The notes beneath the pieces are model-generated. The model had not been told where the DNA came from. It searched no databases and saw only the letters and a program-made list of their open reading frames with translations. Source: a virus (taxonomy: Duplodnaviria > Caudoviricetes). Taken from it: 31,127 nt of DNA. Every line of letters starts with the position of its first letter. Within the stretch, counting starts at the first letter, position 1. The translations under genes were made by a program, and so were the position numbers. Shown here one piece after another: positions 6,119 through 13,116 of this stretch. The DNA is taken from the IMG/VR virus record IMGVR_UViG_3300020044_001002, positions 1-31,127 of that record; one strand, 5' to 3'.

Positions 6119-6900
6119 GCAACCCTCTTTTTCTTATCTCTAAAATCCAAAATAAACTTCTTCATCTCAAAATAACTATTAAAACGAGCTGTGGAAGGAT
6201 TTCCACCACATTCAACTCTGTATGCCTCCTCAATCTGTTTATCGCTTCCTAGAGGCATTTCTGAGGCTTTCTGAACCGCTTGAGTAATCCATGAAGCCTC
6301 AAATGATCTCCAACCCTTAAACATGATTGTTTCCAATACTTCTGACAAAGGCATTTTGGCTAAATTAGCTTCTTTTACTAACCTTGTAAGAACTCGATCA
6401 GTTATAGGCGCTTTAAGTCTTTTTCTATAAATTAAAAAATCATTCCATAAATCATCAGACACCCCTTCAGGGGTTACGACCTTGGGAGTAGTATTTATTT
6501 GTTTGTTGTTTGTTGTTTGTTGTTTGTTGTTTAGGCTTTTTTTGGGTTCAGCTTGGGTTAGCGATGGGTTATCAATGGGTTTCTTACCCTTCTTAGGCCT
6601 ACCGCCAAGCCTTCCATTAGATTTCTGCTTTTCCAAAAACTTGTGATAATCGGCAATTTCACCATCAGCACGATAGTTTTTATAGCCTTCTTCAGTCAAT
6701 TCAAAAAACTCATTTAATACAGATTCAACAACTTTAGAATCCATCCTTAACCTACGGCTAACCGATGGGATATTGCTGGGTATTGGCGATTCTGTATCGT
6801 AATACATATCCAACAACCTTCTGTATGCCAAATCTTCTTCAGGAGTCAAATGGAGCGTATGCTTCATGTAATCCCCAATGTTGAAGTTGTAATAGTGCAT
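6115..6900 (-). CDS. Replication initiator, YdaU/DUF1376 family
   Basis: MHYYNFNIGDY..HT.HL..EEDLAYRRLLD.YY N-terminus, NG..GGRPKK, internal repeats; follows the cro-like gene. Confidence 0.88.
   Translation of the reverse strand: MHYYNFNIGDYMKHTLHLTPEEDLAYRRLLDMYYDTESPIPSNIPSVSRRLRMDSKVVESVLNEFFELTEEGYKNYRADGEIADYHKFLEKQKSNGRLGGRPKKGKKPIDNPSLTQAEPKKSLNNKQQTTNNKQINTTPKVVTPEGVSDDLWNDFLIYRKRLKAPITDRVLTRLVKEANLAKMPLSEVLETIMFKGWRSFEASWITQAVQKASEMPLGSDKQIEEAYRVECGGNPSTARFNSYFEMKKFILDFRDKKKRVA
6501..6532. repeat. Tandem 7-mer (GTTTGTT) x4.5, probable unwinding element of the origin
   Basis: Units start at 6501, 6508, 6515 and 6522, with a partial unit at 6529. Confidence 0.85.
6541..6584. repeat. 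Four iteron-like repeats (core TGGGTT, 11-bp period), probable replication origin
   Basis: TGGGTT at 6543, 6554, 6565 and 6576, inside the initiator gene next to the 7-mer array. Confidence 0.8.
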
Positions 6901-6901
6901 T

Positions 6902-7102
6902 TCAGTCCTTTTTGAATAGATCAGGTCTAAGCATTTCTTTGGTCAAACGGCCTTCCGACAAATCAATCAAGGTTCTAATATGTTTAATTGGGATAATTCC
7001 ACGCTTAGACCATTGGTAAATAGCGTTCTCTCTCACCCCTAAAGGCTTTGCTAGATTGGCTAAAACACCAAACTCTAGCTTTAAAGCATCAAATGGTTTC
7101 AT
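6902..7102 (-). CDS. Cro/YdaS-like HTH regulator (66 aa)
   Basis: LANLAKPLGVRENAIYQW HTH and LRPDLF C-terminus; AAGGA RBS before the ATG at 7102. Confidence 0.88.
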   Translation of the reverse strand: MKPFDALKLEFGVLANLAKPLGVRENAIYQWSKRGIIPIKHIRTLIDLSEGRLTKEMLRPDLFKKD

Positions 7103-7129
7103 AGTTTCCTTTCGTAAGTTACAGGCTAG

Positions 7130-7158
7130 ACTATATACCACTTTCATAAGTTTGTGAA
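7130..7158 (-). promoter_or_regulatory. Leftward early promoter (PR-like)
   Basis: TTCACA, 17-nt spacer, TATAGT upstream of the cro-like gene. Confidence 0.7.
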
Positions 7159-7168
7159 ATTTATTTAT

Positions 7169-7182
7169 TAGGGAAACCCCTA
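7169..7182. promoter_or_regulatory. Palindromic operator-like site TAGGG-AAAC-CCCTA
   Basis: GC-rich inverted repeat in an AT-rich tract between the divergent promoters. Confidence 0.5.
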
Positions 7183-7204
7183 TGAAAATAATTAAAAAAA
7201 AGTG

Positions 7205-7231
7205 TTGCGAACTGTCAAATTCGTGTATAGT
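7205..7231 (+). promoter_or_regulatory. Candidate rightward early promoter
   Basis: TTGCGA and TATAGT are present, but the spacer is only 15 nt. Confidence 0.35.
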
Positions 7232-7278
7232 TACACCCATGCAGTAAATTTTATTAACAAGTGATGAAGGGAAAGAAA

Positions 7279-7503
7279 ATGAAAAAAACTTATACAGAAA
7301 TAGATATTTTTGGATGCACCACAGAAATGCTTGATACACAATTCAAGCGCCAATACAACATCAATATGTATATAGCTGGTCTAGTATCAGATGCTCAAGA
7401 GTTAATTCTCATGGGCAAGACAGAGCAAGCTGAACAAATCCTAAACCAAGTTAAACATTATTTTTTTGAACATACAGATACACGCAATGAGGTGACTGTA
7501 TGA
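7279..7503 (+). CDS. Hypothetical early protein
   Basis: First ORF of the + operon; AAGGGA precedes the ATG at 7279. Confidence 0.75.
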   Translation: MKKTYTEIDIFGCTTEMLDTQFKRQYNINMYIAGLVSDAQELILMGKTEQAEQILNQVKHYFFEHTDTRNEVTV

Positions 7504-7604
7504 AACAATCAACCAATCTAGAAATATTAGGTGCAATGCTCTTAGGAGCTTGCATCGGCATTACATTAGGACTTGTTTATGTTTACAGAACAGGAGGCTT
7601 CTAA
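7500..7604 (+). CDS. Small membrane peptide (34 aa, MKQSTNLEILGAMLLGACIGITLGLVYVYRTGGF)
   Basis: GAGGTG RBS; ATGA and TAATG overlaps on both sides; one hydrophobic helix. Confidence 0.7.
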   Translation: MKQSTNLEILGAMLLGACIGITLGLVYVYRTGGF

Positions 7605-7909
7605 TGATTAACAATGACCGCTACTACGAGCCTGAAGATGATGATTCAGGAGATTTGATTGCTGATCGTGTATCAGACCTCATGCAATCAGACTATGACC
7701 CTACCGATTACAACAACTTTGCTGAATGTATTTCAGAAGCCAAAGAAGCTGACCGCCTAATCATTGAAGAAATGCTCAAAAAGCATATTACTGAAAGAGA
7801 TTACGAGGCCCTTGGTAAGAAGTTGTTTTACTTGGCTTATGAGCGTATGGAATTGTTTGCAGAAGAACACGCTCAAGAAGATTACGCTGCTGGATATTTA
7901 AACGATTAA
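7604..7909 (+). CDS. Acidic hypothetical protein (MINNDRYYEPEDDD...)
   Basis: AGGAGG RBS before the ATG at 7604. Confidence 0.8.
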   Translation: MINNDRYYEPEDDDSGDLIADRVSDLMQSDYDPTDYNNFAECISEAKEADRLIIEEMLKKHITERDYEALGKKLFYLAYERMELFAEEHAQEDYAAGYLND

Positions 7910-7918
7910 AAGGAAAAA

Positions 7919-8461
7919 GTGATGACCAAATTTTTAGAACTACGCAAAATCAATGTAAACGAACATACAGAGAAAAAAGGTAAATTTACCTATCTGTCAT
8001 GGTCTTGGGCTGTGGATCAGCTCCTCCAACAAGATCCAACTGCCACCTGGACTTATGGTGATCCTGTTTATTTTGCTGAAACTCTCATGGTATTTTGCTC
8101 AGTTACGGCTTTTGGCAAAACTATGACAGCTCAGATGCCTGTCATTAACAACCAAAACAAAGCTATTGCGAACCCTGATGCAATGGCTGTAAATACCGCT
8201 ATGCAGCGTTGTTTGGTCAAAGCCATAGCTCTGCATGGTCTTGCCCTATATATCTATTCAGGAGAGGATTTGCCTGATGAAGATCCAGTTGATTTAGGCA
8301 AAGAAACTGATTTTTGGCTTGAACAAATTAATTTATGCAAAGACATTGGAGAATTAAAAGATGCGTATAGCAAAGCCTATGCAGTTGTCCTTAAAGACAA
8401 ATCAGCAATCGCCAAGATTTCAAGCGCCAAAGATGCCAAAAAAGCACAGCTTGGAGCTTAG
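7919..8461 (+). CDS. Single-strand annealing protein, DUF1071/Sak (Rad52-like)
   Basis: KGKFTYLSWSWA...VNTAMQRCLVKAIALHGLALYIYSGEDLP. Confidence 0.9.
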   Translation: MMTKFLELRKINVNEHTEKKGKFTYLSWSWAVDQLLQQDPTATWTYGDPVYFAETLMVFCSVTAFGKTMTAQMPVINNQNKAIANPDAMAVNTAMQRCLVKAIALHGLALYIYSGEDLPDEDPVDLGKETDFWLEQINLCKDIGELKDAYSKAYAVVLKDKSAIAKISSAKDAKKAQLGA

Positions 8462-8506
8462 AGCTTTATTTAAAGAAATCTTTAAAAGAGAAATGGAAGC
8501 CATTAA

Positions 8507-8602
8507 ATGATTAATTTATTAATTACGATTTTGGCTTTAACTGGAGCTGTTACTTGGCTTGTAATGATTGCAATACTTATTTATATATGGATGGACAAAT
8601 GA
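8507..8602 (+). CDS. Small membrane peptide (31 aa, MINLLITILALTGAVTWLVMIAILIYIWMDK)
   Basis: Hydrophobic ORF whose TGA overlaps the exonuclease ATG. Confidence 0.6.
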   Translation: MINLLITILALTGAVTWLVMIAILIYIWMDK

Positions 8603-9246
8603 CTACATTTACAACAGAAGATAGGGTTTCAGTTCAACAGGGAACTCCTGAATGGCATCAGCTTCGCTTGGGTAAAGTTACCGCTTCTAGGGTAGCTGAC
8701 ATCCTTGCAAAGACAAAGACAGGGCCTTCAGCGAGTCGCAATAACTATCTGATTGAGCTTGCCTTGCAACGAGTTACAAAGACCATAGAAGAATCTTATA
8801 CCAATTCAGCTATGGAATGGGGAACTCAAACCGAACCACAAGCTAGGGTTGCTTATGAAGTTAAAACCAATAATTTTGTGGATCAGGTTGCATTTATTGA
8901 CCATCCATCTATTGCTGGCTTTGGTTGTTCTCCTGATGGACTTGTTGGCGATGATGGCCTTATTGAGATTAAATGCCCTAATTCAGCAACTCATTGGAGT
9001 TACATTAAAGCTAACGAGCCACCAACTAAATACTTTATTCAGATGCAGGCTCAGATGGCTGTAACAGGCGCTAAATGGTGCGATTTTGTATCGTTTGATC
9101 CAAGGATGCCTGAGAGAAGCCAGTTGTTGATTGTGAATGTTCCTAGAGATTATGAGTTTATTGCCAACATGGAAGCAGAAATTAAACAATTTTTAAGTGA
9201 AGTAGAAGCAGAAGTTAATTTAATGGAGAAAAGAAATGGCAGTTAA
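8599..9246 (+). CDS. YqaJ/lambda-exonuclease family recombinase exonuclease
   Basis: QGTPEWHQLRLGKVTAS, AMEWG..TEP.AR, CSPDGL, IEIKCP, Y..QMQAQM. Confidence 0.95.
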   Translation: MTTFTTEDRVSVQQGTPEWHQLRLGKVTASRVADILAKTKTGPSASRNNYLIELALQRVTKTIEESYTNSAMEWGTQTEPQARVAYEVKTNNFVDQVAFIDHPSIAGFGCSPDGLVGDDGLIEIKCPNSATHWSYIKANEPPTKYFIQMQAQMAVTGAKWCDFVSFDPRMPERSQLLIVNVPRDYEFIANMEAEIKQFLSEVEAEVNLMEKRNGS

Positions 9247-9493
9247 ATATTTTGTAAAAGCAGCAGTATCAGAGTTCAAAGGCGATGATGGCAATATGAA
9301 AAAGCGCTATCAGACCATTGGAATTGTTATGGAAACCAAGCATGGCATGATGTTAAAGATTGAGTCTTTGCCTATGTATGCCATGAAAGAAGGTTCTATT
9401 CTTGCCTACTTGAATGAGCCTGAAGAAAAAGGAGCAACTCCATCAACAAAGCCAGCAGATTTGGCTAACATTGAAGATGACATTCCATTTTAA
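9236..9493 (+). CDS. Probable small single-stranded DNA-binding protein
   Basis: Beta-rich core with an SSB-type acidic tail (EDDIPF); adjacent to the SSAP and exonuclease genes. Confidence 0.6.
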   Translation: MAVKYFVKAAVSEFKGDDGNMKKRYQTIGIVMETKHGMMLKIESLPMYAMKEGSILAYLNEPEEKGATPSTKPADLANIEDDIPF

Positions 9494-9499
9494 GGAGAG

Positions 9500-9706
9500 A
9501 TGATGACCGAGCATATTTGGACTGCACCAGGAACAGATATAACTGCTAGATGGAGGCTTGCTGGATGGACTCCTCCATCAGAACAACAGGAATATTTGGA
9601 TAAATGGGCCTACTGGCAAAATCTTCCGCTTCGAAAGTTAGATGATCGAGCAAAAGAGCAATATGAAGCTGTATTGCGTAAAGCCAAAGTAGCGAGGATT
9701 AGATGA
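9500..9706 (+). CDS. Hypothetical protein
   Basis: AAGGAG RBS; Trp-rich, GWTPPSE motif. Confidence 0.75.
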   Translation: MMTEHIWTAPGTDITARWRLAGWTPPSEQQEYLDKWAYWQNLPLRKLDDRAKEQYEAVLRKAKVARIR

Positions 9707-9894
9707 TTATTGAAAAAGTTCCATTCGCAGGAGATATGGCAATTCCTGAGAATGAGTGCGAAAAGCAATTCTTTGAAACTTTTCCTGATGTTTTTAATCC
9801 AAACGATGTTGCTTTAAGAATATGGAATCTAGCTTGGTCAAAAAGCAGAATCCATACTCTAGAAGAAGTTGAAGCTAAATTAAAAAAACTTTAA
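9703..9894 (+). CDS. Hypothetical protein
   Basis: GAGGA RBS and ATGA overlap; last gene of the + operon. Confidence 0.7.
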   Translation: MIIEKVPFAGDMAIPENECEKQFFETFPDVFNPNDVALRIWNLAWSKSRIHTLEEVEAKLKKL

Positions 9895-10032
9895 TTAATT
9901 TTTCATGGGATGAGCCTTATTCATAGGCTCTTTCTCATGTTTTTTTAGTTCTTGTTTGACTTCATAAACTGCATTACGCAATTTAATCATTTGCATTTCT
10001 TCTCTTTTTTGAACTTCTTTAGATTCTTTCAT
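9895..10032 (-). CDS. Small hypothetical protein (45 aa, MKESKEVQKREE...KHEKEPMNKAHPMKN)
   Basis: Below the ORF-track cutoff; AAGGG RBS downstream of the lysozyme gene; its stop abuts the convergent + gene. Confidence 0.6.
   Translation of the reverse strand: MKESKEVQKREEMQMIKLRNAVYEVKQELKKHEKEPMNKAHPMKN
9904..9946 (+). terminator. Intrinsic terminator of the + operon
   Basis: CATGGGA..GAGCCT / AGGCTC..TCTCATG stem followed by T7. Confidence 0.6.
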
Positions 10033-10043
10033 TTTTTACCCTT

Positions 10044-10520
10044 TCAAGATAAAAATAACGCTTTTTCGTCATTTCTGCGATTTACCAAGCCTTTTAAGAC
10101 TTTACCACCACCAATGGTGTATTTTAAAAACTCATTAGAAGCACCTTCAAAATCGCCTCTTAATACTTTTTGCCTAAGAGTTGATCTTTGCAGCCCACCC
10201 AAGCCAAGATTAAAACTAAAGCTGACAAGAGCATCAAACTGGCCCTGAGTAAGTTTAACTGGGCAATATCTTTCAACTCCACGCTCAAAACGCTCTAAAT
10301 CGCCTCTCAGGATGTTTTCAACTTCTTCCATAGTAAATGTTCTGTCATCTTTATATTCCAAAGGAACACTATCTCTGTCCTCTAGTTTTAATGCTCCTTG
10401 CCTTGGATACAGAACATGACCTACACCGACTGTCCATAATTTAGCTGGGCATTTATACGGCTTTTGTCTTACACCTTCATGATGTTTAATCATTTGAATG
10501 GCTTTAGAGCTTACTTTCAC
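10044..10520 (-). CDS. Endolysin, GH24 phage lysozyme
   Basis: IKHHEG...PYKCPAKLWTVGVGH (E-x8-C-x5-T), QFDALVSFSFNLG, GLVNRRNDE; no SAR helix. Confidence 0.95.
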   Translation of the reverse strand: MKVSSKAIQMIKHHEGVRQKPYKCPAKLWTVGVGHVLYPRQGALKLEDRDSVPLEYKDDRTFTMEEVENILRGDLERFERGVERYCPVKLTQGQFDALVSFSFNLGLGGLQRSTLRQKVLRGDFEGASNEFLKYTIGGGKVLKGLVNRRNDEKALFLS

Positions 10521-11020
10521 TTCTTACCCCAATTACGAGAGCCGAACCAAAAGCCAATAATTCCACCAAGCATAGCCATTTCATCATCACTAAAGATTTC
10601 TTGGGCAATCTTAATTAAATCGTCAATATTGTTAATAATGCCTGGATGAGTAAAGGCATAAACACCAATACCTACATTAATTACAAACAATTCAATAACA
10701 AACAAATAAGTAACCATTGGTCTTACAGTACCAACAAATGATGAAACCCAAGGGGAAGCTCTTTCTAAAACCTTGGCATCATGCTCATAAGCTGCTTTGG
10801 TCATTTCCATATCAGCGTTAATTGCAATCTGATCTGTGCGAATTTCTTCAACTTTAGCTTGAGCTAAATATCCACGCTCTAGCATCTGTAGCTCACGCTC
10901 AGTCTGCATTTGAGCCAACTCTAGCTCATGTTTTTTATCGGCTTTATCTTGGAAAAAGTCTAATAATTTTGGCAATCCTGAGATTAATAGACCGCCTAAT
11001 GTTGAGAATAAAGATAGCAT
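10517..11020 (-). CDS. Probable 3-TM holin (GTA-type)
   Basis: N-terminal amphipathic helix, coiled coil, VRP.VTY, and IIGFWFGSR C-terminus; directly upstream of the lysozyme. Confidence 0.7.
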   Translation of the reverse strand: MLSLFSTLGGLLISGLPKLLDFFQDKADKKHELELAQMQTERELQMLERGYLAQAKVEEIRTDQIAINADMEMTKAAYEHDAKVLERASPWVSSFVGTVRPMVTYLFVIELFVINVGIGVYAFTHPGIINNIDDLIKIAQEIFSDDEMAMLGGIIGFWFGSRNWGKK

Positions 11021-11021
11021 T

Positions 11022-11474
11022 TTATTGTCCTAATCTGTTAGTTGTTGCTCTTTTTAAAGTATTCATCTCTGATCGCAAAGAAGATGCTGTAACTTCCAAC
11101 TCTACTTTTTGAGCAGACAATCCAGCTCTAAGTTCCTTTTGAACAGACTCTGAAACAACCTTTGCTTCCCTAGAATTAATCATAGTTTCAGCAGCTCTTT
11201 CTTGTAGCTTCATAACTGTTTCACGCAATTCTGCGTTTTTTTCTTCCAAAGCCTCTACCTTACGCAAAGCCTTTAAAGCAGTTGATGAAACATCATCATA
11301 GCTTTCATACATAGATTTCAATTCATTAAACTTAGTAATCCCTGTATAGCCTGCGCCAAATACAATAGGAATTCCTGTCAATGCAATGCCAGCAATCATG
11401 GTATTTTGTTTGGCCCAAGTTACCCATTTTTCTACAAAACCTTGGACTTTATCTAATTTTTCTAAATCGCTCAT
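11022..11474 (-). CDS. Membrane-anchored coiled-coil protein (i-spanin-like topology)
   Basis: One N-proximal hydrophobic segment followed by about 100 aa of coiled coil. Confidence 0.55.
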   Translation of the reverse strand: MSDLEKLDKVQGFVEKWVTWAKQNTMIAGIALTGIPIVFGAGYTGITKFNELKSMYESYDDVSSTALKALRKVEALEEKNAELRETVMKLQERAAETMINSREAKVVSESVQKELRAGLSAQKVELEVTASSLRSEMNTLKRATTNRLGQ

Positions 11475-12457
11475 TGTTCTATCTCCACACTATCTTTAAT
11501 TATTTGATTAAGTTTATCTGTCTGATTGTAAAAAGACTGCCCATATACATCTAAGAATAATTGATTGCTTAACAATATTTCATTTGGCAACCCTTGAACC
11601 AACTGAGGCTCAGAAAATACACTAGGCTGATTCATCGTTGGTTTCACAATGGTTTCCAATGACAACACAAGGCCAACCGCAGACTTTGTTTTCCCCTTCG
11701 GACTCTCTTGGGGAGTCACCTTTACATCCGTTTGGGCAGTCGATGAGGGAGCAGATTTTTCCGCTTTCAGGGCATTTGATCCATCCATTGTCATTGGGGA
11801 GTTCGGCACAGAACTTGAGATTGGAGCAGTTGCAACTGAGGATAGGGTTGTTTGGGCAGATATGTTGGAACTCTGATTCACCACGCTTGTAGGGTTCACA
11901 GGCGATACAGGGCTTACTGGACTCATCACATTTGTTGGATTTGTTACGCTTTTTACGCAAGTATTTGTCGTTGTTATCCAGTTTCCCATAACGGCTTGTG
12001 AGTAAGGAGTAGGACAAATTGATGTTTGAGTTTGAATTATGTTCCCTGTGTATCCTGTTGGACAACTCAATGTTTGTTGTTGGCTGGTTGTTTGACATGA
12101 TGGAGGATTTAATACGCAAGTATCTGAGTAAAGTTGCCAAGGAAATTGCGTAACTGTTCCATCGCTACAAGTTTTGGTTTCTTGTTTTGACCTTTTTGCT
12201 CCACTAAAGTTTGGCGGACAGCTTTCTGTCTTTTCAATAAAGGTTGAAGTGCAGATAGGAGCAGCTTGCGGACAGCTTTGCGAAATACTTGGGTAGATTT
12301 GACAAGCAAGCGCTTGGCATTGAGCAAGGCTTGTTCCACCATCAACAAAAAGAGAGCCGTAAACTGGCAATCCATTATTCCATGAGCCAGCGTAACAATT
12401 TGCTTGGGCATTACTTGTTACCAGTAGGAACAGCAACGAAACTAGGAACTTTGCCAT
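11471..12457 (-). CDS. Secreted Cys/Thr/Ser-rich protein
   Basis: Signal peptide MAKFLVSLLFLLVTSNAQA from the ATG at 12457; two C-P-x-x-[FY]-x-G...W.....C repeats; SPV-rich linker. Confidence 0.75.
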   Translation of the reverse strand: MAKFLVSLLFLLVTSNAQANCYAGSWNNGLPVYGSLFVDGGTSLAQCQALACQIYPSISQSCPQAAPICTSTFIEKTESCPPNFSGAKRSKQETKTCSDGTVTQFPWQLYSDTCVLNPPSCQTTSQQQTLSCPTGYTGNIIQTQTSICPTPYSQAVMGNWITTTNTCVKSVTNPTNVMSPVSPVSPVNPTSVVNQSSNISAQTTLSSVATAPISSSVPNSPMTMDGSNALKAEKSAPSSTAQTDVKVTPQESPKGKTKSAVGLVLSLETIVKPTMNQPSVFSEPQLVQGLPNEILLSNQLFLDVYGQSFYNQTDKLNQIIKDSVEIEQ

Positions 12458-12884
12458 ATAGTTTTTCAAATTTCTTTGGTTTTTGCTTAATCCATTCGTT
12501 ACGAGCTTCATCGCCAATTAAGCCATCAATAGGGCATGGAGTTCCTGACATCATCATGGCATCCCAAATCCTATCATCAGCGCACAAAGTTGATACCGCA
12601 GCAACCTTTAAGCCTAAATCATTAAGAGTTTTAGCTAATTTGATTCTTTCGCAGTTTGAGTCTGTATAAACAGAACCGCCTGAAACTCCAATAACTGTAG
12701 AGCTAATAGCTCCACTAACAGGAATACCGCATACATCTTGGCTAAATGCTGACATAGATGGAGCAATAGCTGAAGGTACTGGCTGACCTTGGTATTTCAT
12801 AACCATAGTTGTATCTTGAGCTTTTGCTGAATAAGCAAAGGCAACACCAATTAAAACAGCCCAAATAAACAGTATTTCTCTCAT
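12411..12884 (-). CDS. Secreted conserved phage protein with four Cys
   Basis: Signal peptide ending AKA; PSAIAPS...C...DSNCERIKLAK.L...G.KVAAVS.LC...AM..SGTPCP. Confidence 0.8.
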   Translation of the reverse strand: MREILFIWAVLIGVAFAYSAKAQDTTMVMKYQGQPVPSAIAPSMSAFSQDVCGIPVSGAISSTVIGVSGGSVYTDSNCERIKLAKTLNDLGLKVAAVSTLCADDRIWDAMMMSGTPCPIDGLIGDEARNEWIKQKPKKFEKLYGKVPSFVAVPTGNK

Positions 12885-13108
12885 TTAATCCACCAATGAA
12901 TAAACCAGCCTCCAATAGTAGATAAAACAGAAAGCATACCAATTGCTAACCAACCAGCGCCTTTTTGATGTGCTTGGTTTTCTAGCAACTTTTCAATGTT
13001 GCCTTCCATTTTGTCAATTTTCTTTTCTAAAGCCTCAAACTTTGTTTCATAGTTTTCAACCTTTTGCCAAAGAACACCATATTTCACAGGATCAATCTCA
13101 AAAGACAT
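12881..13108 (-). CDS. Small coiled-coil plus TM protein (holin/antiholin-like)
   Basis: Coiled coil followed by a C-terminal hydrophobic helix, at the head of the lysis block. Confidence 0.6.
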   Translation of the reverse strand: MSFEIDPVKYGVLWQKVENYETKFEALEKKIDKMEGNIEKLLENQAHQKGAGWLAIGMLSVLSTIGGWFIHWWIK

Positions 13109-13116
13109 ATCTAATC

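Noticed and set aside
6461-6474. ACCCC-TTCA-GGGGT palindrome
   Set aside because: Short and coding (TPEGV); insufficient support for a separate function.
6501-6584. Repeats as a CRISPR array or phase-variable tract
   Set aside because: Units are 7 and 11 bp with no spacers, and they lie in frame within the initiator gene; an origin fits better.
7103-7339. N-terminal extension of ORF 6902..7339
   Set aside because: It spans the divergent promoter region; the RBS and HTH fit a start at 7102.
9952-10248. Phe-rich + strand ORF
   Set aside because: Antisense shadow of Lys/Glu-rich minus-strand genes, lying beyond the + operon terminator.
11622-12140. 172-aa same-strand nested Cys-containing ORF as an o-spanin or overlapping gene
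   Set aside because: No signal peptide or lipobox; the open frame and Cys content are explicable by the codon bias of the Ser/Thr/Val/Pro-rich host ORF. Not fully excluded.
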